Made by a program: the position numbers and the translations under genes
Part shown: positions 34,596 through 43,988 of the stretch, one piece after another
Layout: each line of letters opens with the position of its first letter
Position numbering within the stretch: the stretch's first letter is position 1
Notes under the pieces: generated by a model
What the model was told of the DNA's origin: nothing
Databases searched by the model: none
What the model saw: the letters and a program-made list of their open reading frames with translations, nothing else
DNA from: Candidatus Anderseniibacteriota bacterium
Lineage (GTDB): Bacteria; Patescibacteriota; Andersenbacteria; UBA10190
Direction of reading: 5' to 3'
Assembly (NCBI GenBank): GCA_040876835.1
Contig: JBBDOX010000007.1
Location: 7,916-71,915 of the forward strand
DNA length: 64,000 bases

Positions 34596-37424
34596 CTATT
34601 TAATTGTTACAGTGTGGCGCTCTGATTCAGTGAAGTTACCAGTTTTATCGTACGCCACCGCGTATACAGTGTAAGTGCCTAGTCCGGGAGAATCTTGCCA
34701 GACAGCTTCGTATCGGTCAGGAGCAGTTGGTGCTTGAGTGTTGGTGCGGGCAATACGCTTGGTTCCAGGTTGACCTTCTTTGATGTACAGCATATCTACG
34801 AAATCAACCCCACTGCTATCTTTGGCAGTTACTTTTACAGTGTAGGGGAAGTTGGTCTCGGCTAAAGTGAGGTTGTTTTGAGGAGTGTGAATGGTGATTG
34901 TCGGGCTGGAGTCGTCCGGGTTGATAATGAAGGTGCGATGAGCCTGGCCGATGAAGTTGTTTTCGGTAATTGCCATAACAATAAGTGTTTTGCGGCCCGA
35001 GAAGTTCTTGTCAAAAGTGATTGTCGCACTATGGGTGCCATCTGGCCCCTTGCGAGCAATTTCTTGTCCATCCAAAACGAAGCGCACTTCCCGTAGGCGG
35101 TGAGGGGAGTCAATTTCCACTGTAACTTGTGTAGGGCTATCGCGCAGAACGGTGGTATTTGGTTCGATAATTTTAACTTTTGGTAACTCTTCTTCGCTAC
35201 CTACGTTACAGCTAGGTTCTGGTAGTGACCCAAAGTAAAGCGGCTCTTCTGCAACGTCTTTGTTCTTTTCATTATGTTTATCACGCCACTGAGCAATACC
35301 GGCCTCCCAGTTGTTGAACTGAGGGTCAGCCTCGGCTCGTGCTGGGGGGTCCCCTAAGGGATTAGTGCGTCGTACGTAGAAGAGGATGCTGTGTAGCTCC
35401 TTCAAGGTGCGGGGCTGACCTTGGGCGACTGGGCACTCGTTGGTATAGAGCGTATTCGTCTCGCTTACCCACTTGCCCTTTACTTCTCTAATTTGCCCTC
35501 GAAGAATACCGTGTGCCGTATCAGGAAGAGGTGCGGGTTTTGTAAACTGCTCGATGGGGGTGCCATCAAGGGCTCCTTTCATGAATGTATTCCAGAGAAA
35601 AGCTGCAGTGTTGCTTCCAGCTGCTCCCTTACCCATAGGGGAGTTATCGTTATTGCCTACCCATACACCGGCTGCTAGGGAGGGGGTAAATCCAATTGTC
35701 CAACCATCACGAGAGTCCTGAGTGGTGCCCGTCTTGGCGCCTACGGGGCGACTCCCGAGCTGGAGGAAGCTGCGAGTACCAAAGACGGCAGCGCGGGCAT
35801 TGTTATCCGATAATACGTCAGTTGTTAGGCGGGCTACTTGTGGATCTAGGACTTGAGTTCCCTGGGGTTGCTCCGCTGTTGCGTCAAATAGCACCTCTTT
35901 TGCATCTTCGACTTTTAACACAGCGCGGGCGGGATAGCGAGTTCCCTCTGCTGCAAAGACTCCATACGCAGATGTAATATCAACCAGCCGCACCTCTCCA
36001 CCACCCAATACTAATGACAGACCATATCGGTCGGGGTCGCTTAATGATGTCATTCCCATGCGCTGGGCCAGGTCAGTAGCGGTCCGCACCCCTACTAAGT
36101 ACAGTGCTTTGACTGCAGGGATGTTATACGAGTTTGCGAGAGCACTCCGCATGGTAACGGGGCCATGCTCAGCTAGGTCGTAGTTCTTGGGGATATATCC
36201 TTGACCAAAATCTGTTTCAGCATCTACGAGAATTGTTTCTGGAGCAAATCCTTTTTCGAATGCAGCGGCATATATGAAAGGTTTAATAGAAGACCCAGGG
36301 GAGCGATGACGGATAGACACGTTCACATTCCCATCAATGTCTTCATTGAAATAATCAATTGATCCGACCATGGCTAAGATATTACCGGTAACGGGGTGAA
36401 TGGCGACAAGAGAACTGTTAGATGCTCCCTGACTGACCAGGCGCTCCTGAGCGTTCTTTAGGGTGTCCTCGGCGACTGATTGTAGACGGGCGTCCAGGGT
36501 AGTTATAACTCTCAGGCCTCCTTGTTCCACTACTCGCTCCCCGTACTCTTCTTCGAGGAGTTCTTTAACATAAAAAACAAAATGAGGAGCCTCAATGTTT
36601 TCATGAGGAGGAGAGAATGTCAGTGTTTCACTTTTGGCCGCCTCCGCTTCTTCCTTGCTGACCATGTTTAGATCAGCCATGCGATTTAAGATGTGTTCTT
36701 GGCGAAACTTTAGATCTTCAAAGTGAGACCCGTAAGGGGAGTAATAGCTAGGTGCTTGAGGAAGAGCCGCTAGGATTGTTGCTTGAGCCAAGGATACATT
36801 TTTAGCCGAGGTTCCAAAAAATATTTGAGCAGCAGCTTCCACTCCGTACGCTCTGCTGCCGTAAGGAATAGCATTTAAATACATCTCTAGAATCTCGTCT
36901 TTTCCAAAGCGCTGTTCTAGCTCCAATGCCAAGACTGCCTCTTTCGCCTTGCGTCGGATAGTGCGCTCGGGAGTGAGGATGGAGTTTTTGATCAGCTGTT
37001 GGGTAATAGTTGATCCGCCCTGGACCCTTCGTCCGCTCAGGGGCTTCAGTATTACACCACGCAAGATGCCACCAAAATCGAGTCCGTGATGGGCGTAGAA
37101 TTGATCATCCTCGGCAGCGAGAGTGGCCTGGGTGATAAGGGGGGAGATTTCTCCAATAGAGGTATACGTGCGACGCGCTTCCCCAATCTCATAAAGAAGA
37201 TGAGTGCCAGTAGAGTCGTAAATTTTAGTTGATTCACCTATGCCAGTTTCCTGAATTTGCTGGGGATCGGGCAGGTCTCGGCTCCACCACAAAACCGTAC
37301 CGGCCATCACTAGAAAACCAGCCCCTGCTACTGCCAGAAGGCGTGGAATTATACGGCGGTTTAGAGTAGTGGAGCGTAGCTGATGCAGCCACGAACTCTG
37401 CCGCTTATAACGACGAGTAGCCAT
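34596..37424 (-). CDS. Class A penicillin-binding protein (PBP1A-type transglycosylase/transpeptidase) with a C-terminal Ig-like extension
   Basis: The GT51 motifs are 'EDDQFYAHHGLD' and 'GGSTITQQLIKN'. The transpeptidase motifs are 'SPGSSIKPF' and 'KTGTTQDSRDGW'. About 250 extra C-terminal residues are present. Confidence 0.9.
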   Translation of the reverse strand: MATRRYKRQSSWLHQLRSTTLNRRIIPRLLAVAGAGFLVMAGTVLWWSRDLPDPQQIQETGIGESTKIYDSTGTHLLYEIGEARRTYTSIGEISPLITQATLAAEDDQFYAHHGLDFGGILRGVILKPLSGRRVQGGSTITQQLIKNSILTPERTIRRKAKEAVLALELEQRFGKDEILEMYLNAIPYGSRAYGVEAAAQIFFGTSAKNVSLAQATILAALPQAPSYYSPYGSHFEDLKFRQEHILNRMADLNMVSKEEAEAAKSETLTFSPPHENIEAPHFVFYVKELLEEEYGERVVEQGGLRVITTLDARLQSVAEDTLKNAQERLVSQGASNSSLVAIHPVTGNILAMVGSIDYFNEDIDGNVNVSIRHRSPGSSIKPFIYAAAFEKGFAPETILVDAETDFGQGYIPKNYDLAEHGPVTMRSALANSYNIPAVKALYLVGVRTATDLAQRMGMTSLSDPDRYGLSLVLGGGEVRLVDITSAYGVFAAEGTRYPARAVLKVEDAKEVLFDATAEQPQGTQVLDPQVARLTTDVLSDNNARAAVFGTRSFLQLGSRPVGAKTGTTQDSRDGWTIGFTPSLAAGVWVGNNDNSPMGKGAAGSNTAAFLWNTFMKGALDGTPIEQFTKPAPLPDTAHGILRGQIREVKGKWVSETNTLYTNECPVAQGQPRTLKELHSILFYVRRTNPLGDPPARAEADPQFNNWEAGIAQWRDKHNEKNKDVAEEPLYFGSLPEPSCNVGSEEELPKVKIIEPNTTVLRDSPTQVTVEIDSPHRLREVRFVLDGQEIARKGPDGTHSATITFDKNFSGRKTLIVMAITENNFIGQAHRTFIINPDDSSPTITIHTPQNNLTLAETNFPYTVKVTAKDSSGVDFVDMLYIKEGQPGTKRIARTNTQAPTAPDRYEAVWQDSPGLGTYTVYAVAYDKTGNFTESERHTVTIK

Positions 37425-37486
37425 AGGAAATCAGGGAAGATACGTAAGAGAGTATATCATGGGGGGAGGGTCCCTGCCTGTCAATA

Positions 37487-38803
37487 CTATTTAATCGTCT
37501 TGTCACGCGGGGTTTTGGTAGGGTCTACAAGAAAGCCTTTGAGATCCCGACGACCCACAATCATGTCGTAGTTCATATGGGTGCGGTCTGCTAAAAATGC
37601 TTCAGTTTTTACCGGGCGATCGCGAATAACCATGTTAAGGTTAATGATTGGGCGGGTTTGTTCGCCCAAGGCTCCGCGGACGTCTTTGTGCTCCACGACA
37701 GGTTTGTCGAGCTTAAGTTTTTTAGCCAGGTTTTCATCAATAGTTGTTCGGTATGCGCCGGTATCGATCTTGGCCAGAATGGGATGCTGCGCTTGTTCAT
37801 TATCAAGAATAATGACTTCTTCTTCTATACCTAAAATAGTTCTGCCAGTCATGTCTTCTACTTCCTGTTCAAGCTCATTTCCAAAAAGATTCTTTGCTAA
37901 TCTAATTTTCTTCTCCAAACTGCTCATTTTCAAGTCTTCCACTCGGCGGAGACGGGATCGTAGTGGAGCTAGGTTGGCGTATTGAATATCCAGCCCCGGA
38001 CGAGCATTGATTTCTAGAACTAGTGGACCATCATCACGATCGATAGCAATATCTACCCCCACATAGTTCAGGTTAGAGGCGGCGGCGGTGCGTACGGCAA
38101 GGAGGAGAAGGTCGTTCCAGTGCGGAACGGTAATACCCGACAGGCTTAATCGCTTATGGGGCAGGGTATCTAGTAGGTGTCCATGCTGTACGGCTGTTGT
38201 TGTGATGCCTTGTGACAGATCAATGCCCACTCCAATGCCCCCAGCATGCAAGTTCGCTTTTCCGCCTGATTCCTCGGTGGGTAAACGCAACATAGCCATA
38301 ACCGGTACCTGATTGTACAGCAGAACGCGAACGTCGGGAACTCCCTTAACACTGTATTGTTTTAAGACAGCATCTACTTTAACGCGCTGTTCGAAAAAGG
38401 CGACATCTGGGATGTTCCCATTAGAAAAGTTTCCGTCGAGGATATCTATAATATGATTCCGGAGCTCGGGAATAAATACTTCTGTTTTGTCTGCTTTAAC
38501 CCAGTTTCCTTTTTTGTTTCGTCCAAAGATAACTATAATTCCACCGCCTCCAGAAGAGGAGTTTGGTTTTAGCACAAAGGAACCAGGAAGTTTGGTCCAA
38601 CGAAATTTCTTGAGTTCCTCACGAGTACGAATGACACCAAATAGCCGGGGAGTGGCCAGGCCGGCTTTTTGCAAAACTTTCTTGGTTTTTAATTTATTGT
38701 TAGCAAGGCGAATTGCCTCGGAAGAGTTTACCTTCGCAATATACTCGAGCATCCTTGCATTCATCCCAAGCACGTTTTTCCATTGCTTGCTTCGCAGAGC
38801 CAT
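37487..38803 (-). CDS. ATP-grasp (RimK-like peptide ligase) fused to a C-terminal retropepsin-like aspartic protease domain
   Basis: The N-terminal half has an ATP-grasp layout ('KLKTKKVLQKAGLATPRLFGV...'). The C-terminal approximately 120 aa carry 'ILAKIDTGAYRTTID', a DTGA aspartyl protease motif of the Zn_protease/PF05618 type. Confidence 0.65.
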   Translation of the reverse strand: MALRSKQWKNVLGMNARMLEYIAKVNSSEAIRLANNKLKTKKVLQKAGLATPRLFGVIRTREELKKFRWTKLPGSFVLKPNSSSGGGGIIVIFGRNKKGNWVKADKTEVFIPELRNHIIDILDGNFSNGNIPDVAFFEQRVKVDAVLKQYSVKGVPDVRVLLYNQVPVMAMLRLPTEESGGKANLHAGGIGVGIDLSQGITTTAVQHGHLLDTLPHKRLSLSGITVPHWNDLLLLAVRTAAASNLNYVGVDIAIDRDDGPLVLEINARPGLDIQYANLAPLRSRLRRVEDLKMSSLEKKIRLAKNLFGNELEQEVEDMTGRTILGIEEEVIILDNEQAQHPILAKIDTGAYRTTIDENLAKKLKLDKPVVEHKDVRGALGEQTRPIINLNMVIRDRPVKTEAFLADRTHMNYDMIVGRRDLKGFLVDPTKTPRDKTIK

Positions 38804-38818
38804 AAAAGAGAGTCGAAT

Positions 38819-40348
38819 TTACTGAACGTATCGCAGTAAGCGACGGAACCGAAAGTATTCTGTTAGGCGCAACCCACTCCATCGACCCAGAGCGATATTA
38901 ACAGGAATAGCCAGCAGGACAATCTCGGGGTAGGAGACAATAATCGAACGAACAATTTCCCAGCTTACAATGAAGTAAGAAGCAATAGACAGCCCCAGTG
39001 TCCAGGCGGTAATGGTGGCAGCACGTCGCGCACCGGATTTAAACTGCACGGCAATGAATTCTTCGGCCAAGAGCACAAGAATGAGAATAGGGAAAATGGA
39101 GAATGACAAGATGGCCGTGTTGTCGAGTGCTACTCCTAGGCCAAAGAGCATAAGAATCGCTACGCTGGCCATGGTGAGCACCAGAGCCATGCGAGGAAGG
39201 TATAAAAGATGAAGTTTGCGGAGCACTAGACGTGTTAAAGTTCCGGCTAGCAAGATAACAGAGAACATTACTAATCCATACTTAAGGCCTAGTACTAAAA
39301 AGCTAAGCGTCGTCATCGCGGGAGTGATAATACCAAAGGCCTTAATACCGATTACCTGTCGGGCAAAAGAAAGAATTGTTGCGATTACAGGCAAAATCAA
39401 GATGAGCGTGATGTTATTAACAGGCACTCCACGGTTAATAAGAAAGTTGATGCCAAATGATAGGAAGTTGGTAATGCCAATGTCAGTGATCGCGCGAGCA
39501 CTAAATGTGCCGAATAAACGGTGGGACAGCGGAGAGTCAAAGATGGCTCGCTCGGCTTCTTCGGAGCTGATGGGTTCTAGTAGTAGATCGATTGCTTGAG
39601 GGCGGGTGAGTAGTACGTAACTAGGATTCAGTTGGGTGAATGTGGATTGAGCAGAAGGGGCTAAAACACCAAAAGGGGTTTCAGATAGGATGACAACGCC
39701 TTTGCTCTCCATGTTGAGATCAGCAAAAGATAGCTCGCCCGCTTGGCGTATGTGCTGGGCAAATTTCGATAAAATAGTGGGCCCGACACTACCGGATGTC
39801 CATGTAGCAATAATTTCTGCTTTAGCTACAACATCACGGGCATCAACTAACTGGTTGGCAAGCTCTTCTTCCACCACAACCTCGGGGCCTCCCTTAGAGC
39901 GCAGTACTAATAATAGGAGATCGTTTCTAGCTGCCTGTTGACGCTTAAGCTCAACTTGATCCTCTGGAGCACTACCATCGGTCAGTAAAATCATAGTGTG
40001 TTCAAACACAGTAATTTCAGCAGTGTCTTCAGCTATACTTTGTTCAGTCCGAATTGTTACCTGGATAGTATAGTTACCAGGGTTTGCATAGGCATGAGTA
40101 ACTTTCTCTCCAGTACTGCGAATTCCATCCCCAAAACTCCAGACCACTTCACGAATAGCGTCTCCTTCGGGGATAAATGATCCGGTAATGTCAAAAGAGA
40201 CTGTTCGGCCAATAAGTACTTGATTGGTAGTAATTGTAGCGTTGGCGGTGGGACGGGGGCTCTCTTCGGGGGGCTCCTCCTGAGCTAGAGTAAGCCAAGG
40301 GGCGACTAATAAGACTAGAAGAAAAAGAAGTGATTTTATGGATATCAT
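38819..40348 (-). CDS. Secreted PKD-domain protein fused to a C-terminal polytopic membrane domain (7TM inactive-transglutaminase-like partner of the ATP-grasp/protease gene)
   Basis: A signal peptide is followed by the PKD motif 'VVWSFGDGIRSTGEKVTHAYANPGNYTIQVTI' and then about 7 hydrophobic helices. It is adjacent to and co-oriented with the ATP-grasp gene. The ATG at 40348 is preferred over the GTG at 40372. Confidence 0.5.
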   Translation of the reverse strand: MISIKSLLFLLVLLVAPWLTLAQEEPPEESPRPTANATITTNQVLIGRTVSFDITGSFIPEGDAIREVVWSFGDGIRSTGEKVTHAYANPGNYTIQVTIRTEQSIAEDTAEITVFEHTMILLTDGSAPEDQVELKRQQAARNDLLLLVLRSKGGPEVVVEEELANQLVDARDVVAKAEIIATWTSGSVGPTILSKFAQHIRQAGELSFADLNMESKGVVILSETPFGVLAPSAQSTFTQLNPSYVLLTRPQAIDLLLEPISSEEAERAIFDSPLSHRLFGTFSARAITDIGITNFLSFGINFLINRGVPVNNITLILILPVIATILSFARQVIGIKAFGIITPAMTTLSFLVLGLKYGLVMFSVILLAGTLTRLVLRKLHLLYLPRMALVLTMASVAILMLFGLGVALDNTAILSFSIFPILILVLLAEEFIAVQFKSGARRAATITAWTLGLSIASYFIVSWEIVRSIIVSYPEIVLLAIPVNIALGRWSGLRLTEYFRFRRLLRYVQ

Positions 40349-40359
40349 AGAGGGTGAGG

Positions 40360-40815
40360 TTAGACTACACACAAGGCGGCCGCAAGTGCATCTGCAGCAT
40401 CGTCTGGTTGGGGGATATCTGCAAGGTGAAGCTGTTGAGTGACAGCGGCCTGAATCTGCTCTTTACGAGCGGCCCCGTACCCCGTGATTCTCGATTTAAT
40501 TTGCAGTGGAGTCAGAGATTCTACAGTTATGTGATGCTTACGTAGAATATACACCAACACCCCTCGTGCTTGTGCTGTGATCATAGCGGTTTTGCTGTTA
40601 TTCCCAAAGTATACTCGTTCTACTACGGCTATATCAGGGTGAGTATCGTTAATAAGGTGTTCTAAGTCTTCTCCTAACATAAGTAGTCGGTCTTCGTCGC
40701 TTTGGTGTTTAGGGGTAGTAAGACAGCCACAGCGGACAAACAAATGCTGGCTGCTGGTGTTGATAACACCAAAGCCAGTGCGCGCAATACCTGGGTCTAA
40801 TCCTAAAACGATCAT
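40360..40815 (-). CDS. ruvC: Holliday junction resolvase RuvC
   Basis: 'MIVLGLDPGIARTGFGVI' and 'AVVERVYFGNNSKTAMITAQARGV...DAADALAAAL' are present. Confidence 0.9.
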   Translation of the reverse strand: MIVLGLDPGIARTGFGVINTSSQHLFVRCGCLTTPKHQSDEDRLLMLGEDLEHLINDTHPDIAVVERVYFGNNSKTAMITAQARGVLVYILRKHHITVESLTPLQIKSRITGYGAARKEQIQAAVTQQLHLADIPQPDDAADALAAALCVV

Positions 40816-40860
40816 GCGGATAGTATATCAATACTCGGACATCAACGGCAGCACGTTTTG

Positions 40861-41373
40861 TCAGGCAGCGTCGGTGTGAATTTCTTCTACGTCCTCTAGC
40901 TCCTCTAAGGCAGCAAGAAAAGCACCCAACGCGGCAGTGTCGGTAGGTGAAAGTGAAACAGGAAATTGAGGGGAAAGATCGTGAGTGAATTTCCAGCGAA
41001 CGCTGTTGGGCCCTCCAAGTTCGAAACCATGCATTTTAAATATGGTCCGAATTTGTCCTACGGCTCGGTTGGGGTTATCGGTTCTGGTGTTAATTAGAAT
41101 ACCTACCCCACCCGGCCCAAAACCCTCGTATACAATCTCAGCAAGATTGCTATTGTCTCTTTCTCGTAAAAGTCGATCAATATTACTTTGAGGCATGTTT
41201 GCTTTCTTGGCCCGTTCAATAGCATCGCGTAAAGCAGCATTCTTGGTAGGATCGCGCTCCTGTCTGGCGGCAACTTTAACATCACGAGCCAGGCGGCCAA
41301 ATGCCTTACTTTTCTTTTGGTCATTTACGGCTTTTTGGTGGCGAATTTTATGCCACTTTGAATGTCCAGACAT
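40861..41373 (-). CDS. YebC/PmpR-family DNA-binding protein (short, 170 aa)
   Basis: 'MSGHSKWHKIRHQKAVNDQKKSKAFGRLARDVKVAARQ' is present. It is shorter than the usual 240 aa or so. Confidence 0.75.
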   Translation of the reverse strand: MSGHSKWHKIRHQKAVNDQKKSKAFGRLARDVKVAARQERDPTKNAALRDAIERAKKANMPQSNIDRLLRERDNSNLAEIVYEGFGPGGVGILINTRTDNPNRAVGQIRTIFKMHGFELGGPNSVRWKFTHDLSPQFPVSLSPTDTAALGAFLAALEELEDVEEIHTDAA

Positions 41374-41383
41374 GAGTGTTGGT

Positions 41384-42064
41384 TTATAGGCGAAGAATAT
41401 CGAGTTTACGAGCGACTATTTGAAGGTTAGACATAAGCGGTTCGTGACCAAGGGCGACAATGCCATACAGTGGTCCTTGAATAGTAGTATTACTGATACT
41501 GCAATTTGTCGTTTGGCTATAAACACCCACATTCCCATTAGAAATAATACTATCGTGGACTTCAGCCGCACTCCCTGACAAGCACGAGATCGCTGGGTCG
41601 CCATGCTTAAGCAGGGTATATTCGATTGTAGCCTTTCCTCCTGAAGCAATTTCAATACCATTCCAGGTTTGGTTGTCAGGATGGGATTCATTGGACACAA
41701 ATCGTATTCTTCGGGTAGGGGTTCCAATGGCCACCAGCGTACCTTCTACGACGAGCTTACTATGTTCATGAAAAGCGATAGTGGTTCCGGCGGGAATGGT
41801 TAGGTTTGAATTAGGGGGAATGATGACAGTGCCGGCTATGGCAATGACCTTTTGAGAAGAATCTATGACGGTGTTATTTGTAATACGGGAAGGTAGATAT
41901 TGGGCAGTGGGAAAGAGGGGTGTGTGACGATTTGGCTCAGTAACAAAGCTTGGATGAGCTAAACGCTCAGTCCAGGTAGTTGCCTCTATTTTTTCGAATA
42001 GGAGAATAAACGGCACTATTAAAAGCGCAATAGTAGCAATAATTGTAGGAGTCTGAAATTGCAT
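41384..42064 (-). CDS. Membrane-anchored protein with right-handed beta-helix-like repeats (hypothetical)
   Basis: An N-terminal TM is followed by repeats rich in N/T/I/G ('IIPPNSNLTIPAGTTIAFHEHSKLVVEGT', 'ISNGNVGVYSQTTNCSISNTTIQG'). Confidence 0.4.
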   Translation of the reverse strand: MQFQTPTIIATIALLIVPFILLFEKIEATTWTERLAHPSFVTEPNRHTPLFPTAQYLPSRITNNTVIDSSQKVIAIAGTVIIPPNSNLTIPAGTTIAFHEHSKLVVEGTLVAIGTPTRRIRFVSNESHPDNQTWNGIEIASGGKATIEYTLLKHGDPAISCLSGSAAEVHDSIISNGNVGVYSQTTNCSISNTTIQGPLYGIVALGHEPLMSNLQIVARKLDILRL

Positions 42065-42426
42065 GTGACCACTATACCAAAAATCCCCTCACAAAGCTGT
42101 AGGCGTGAGAAAGGCAAAGACCGAGGAGCGGGGTAGTCGTGAAACCGCCTCGTCCGATCTGGGTCAATACCCCACAAAAGCAACGCCTACAGTTCTGTAA
42201 GGGAACAGAACACTATATATGTTCTGGAGCCATTGGTCAATGTGATTGTCGGAGGAGGATATAGAAGTAGTCCGCAAGGGGTTGCTTGGGTGTTTATTTC
42301 TTTGAGTAAAACTCTTGCTATATAAGCAGTTATAGCGCATCTCGAAGGTGTTAATCGGTATCGCTGTAGAGAGAAACTCTTCTGTTTTACTTTCTGCTTT
42401 TCGTTTTTCGTTTTACTATAAAAGGT

Positions 42427-43455
42427 ATGGCTATTGAGGAAGCAAAGACCTCTATCGTGGCTCCTTCTGTGATTCCGGAGGATGAGTCGCTTGATGCTAC
42501 CCTGCGTCCACAGCGTTTGTTTGATTTCATTGGTCAGCGTCAAATGAAACAAAGCTTGTCAGTATTCTTAAAGGCAGCACAACAGCGAGGTGAATCTCTC
42601 GAGCATGTCCTATTGGCTGGTCCTCCTGGTTTGGGCAAAACAAGTTTGGCCCATATTATAGCTCGAGAGCTGGGAACAAACATTCGAATCACAGCGGGTC
42701 CCGTATTAACTAAAGTGGCTGATCTAGCGGCAATCTTAACAAATCTTCAAGAGGGAGATGTGCTTTTTATAGATGAGATTCATCGTTTAGGTCGCACTAT
42801 TGAAGAAGTTCTCTACCCGGCAATGGAGAGTTTTGCCTTAGATCTTGTGGTTGGGCAGGGGCCTGGTGCCAAGACGCTACGCATCGATCTTCCACAGTTT
42901 ACTTTAGTGGGAGCTACAACAAGAGTGGGTATGTTAGGATCGCCCTTGCGTGACCGCTTTGGCATGACATACCGATTTACGTTTTATGAAGAAGAAGAGA
43001 TGAAGCAGATTGTGAACAGATCTGCTCGGCTGCTTAAATTAGAAATTGATGATTACTCCTTAACTGAAATTGCTCGCCGATGCCGACGAACTCCTCGTAT
43101 TGCTAATCGACTATTGAAACGGGTGCGGGACTATGCGCAGGTTCATGGCCACGATGTGGTTATTAAGGACGTAGTAAACGAAACACTAGACTTGTTAGAA
43201 GTGGACCGTTTAGGCCTAGATGCTGCCGATCGACGAATACTGCAAGTAATGGCTGATAAATTCAATGGTGGACCCGTAGGCTTACAAACACTAGCGGCCA
43301 TAAGCGCTGAGGAGGAGCGTACTCTAGAAGAAGTCATTGAACCGTTTTTGCTTCAGATGGGTCTCATTGAGCGTACGCCTCGAGGGCGTGAGGTAACTCG
43401 GGCAGGCTTTGACCACCTAGGGGCTATAGAGCACGAGCGCATGGAGGCGGAGTAG
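42427..43455 (+). CDS. ruvB: Holliday junction branch-migration helicase RuvB
   Basis: Walker A '[18 protein letters not shown]' and 'LFIDEIHRL' are present, with '[20 protein letters not shown]'. Confidence 0.95.
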   Translation: MAIEEAKTSIVAPSVIPEDESLDATLRPQRLFDFIGQRQMKQSLSVFLKAAQQRGESLEHVLLAGPPGLGKTSLAHIIARELGTNIRITAGPVLTKVADLAAILTNLQEGDVLFIDEIHRLGRTIEEVLYPAMESFALDLVVGQGPGAKTLRIDLPQFTLVGATTRVGMLGSPLRDRFGMTYRFTFYEEEEMKQIVNRSARLLKLEIDDYSLTEIARRCRRTPRIANRLLKRVRDYAQVHGHDVVIKDVVNETLDLLEVDRLGLDAADRRILQVMADKFNGGPVGLQTLAAISAEEERTLEEVIEPFLLQMGLIERTPRGREVTRAGFDHLGAIEHERMEAE

Positions 43456-43463
43456 GTATACGT

Positions 43464-43988
43464 ATGAAAGGAAAATACCTGACAGCAGCCAACGGTGTGA
43501 CGATTTTCCGTTTAGTGCTGTTTCTGCTTTTCTTGATCTATCTTTACCTTCAACAGCCTATTGTGGCTGGTGCTCTTCTCCTCGCTGCCTGGGGACTGGA
43601 TGCCATTGATGGGTTTGTAGCTCGAATATTTCATCAACAGAGCGATATAGGATCATGGCTTGATAAAACTATTGATCGGGCGGTTATTGGATTGGGTGTG
43701 CTAGCCTTAATTGCTGGTGGATACATACCACCCAAGGCACTTCTTCTATTAACAAAAGATATTGGCTTATTTCCTTTATTTACGATTCAGCCGCCAGGTG
43801 CTTGGTGGGTCCAGGGGTTGGGGTGGACTGGCAAAGGAATGACCTTTCTACAAGGAATAGGAATACTATGGCTGCTTCTGGATCTGCGGTATGCAAACTA
43901 TTTATTGGGAATCGTGGCAGTAGCAGGGGGTGCAGTTGCTGTTTGGCACTTAAATTGCGTGGTTCGCAAGTATGAACAAAGGAACTAA
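43464..43988 (+). CDS. CDP-alcohol phosphatidyltransferase family protein
   Basis: The motif 'DAIDGFVARIFHQQSDIGSWLDKTIDR' fits D-x2-DG-x2-AR...G-x3-D-x3-D. A polytopic protein. Confidence 0.6.
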   Translation: MKGKYLTAANGVTIFRLVLFLLFLIYLYLQQPIVAGALLLAAWGLDAIDGFVARIFHQQSDIGSWLDKTIDRAVIGLGVLALIAGGYIPPKALLLLTKDIGLFPLFTIQPPGAWWVQGLGWTGKGMTFLQGIGILWLLLDLRYANYLLGIVAVAGGAVAVWHLNCVVRKYEQRN

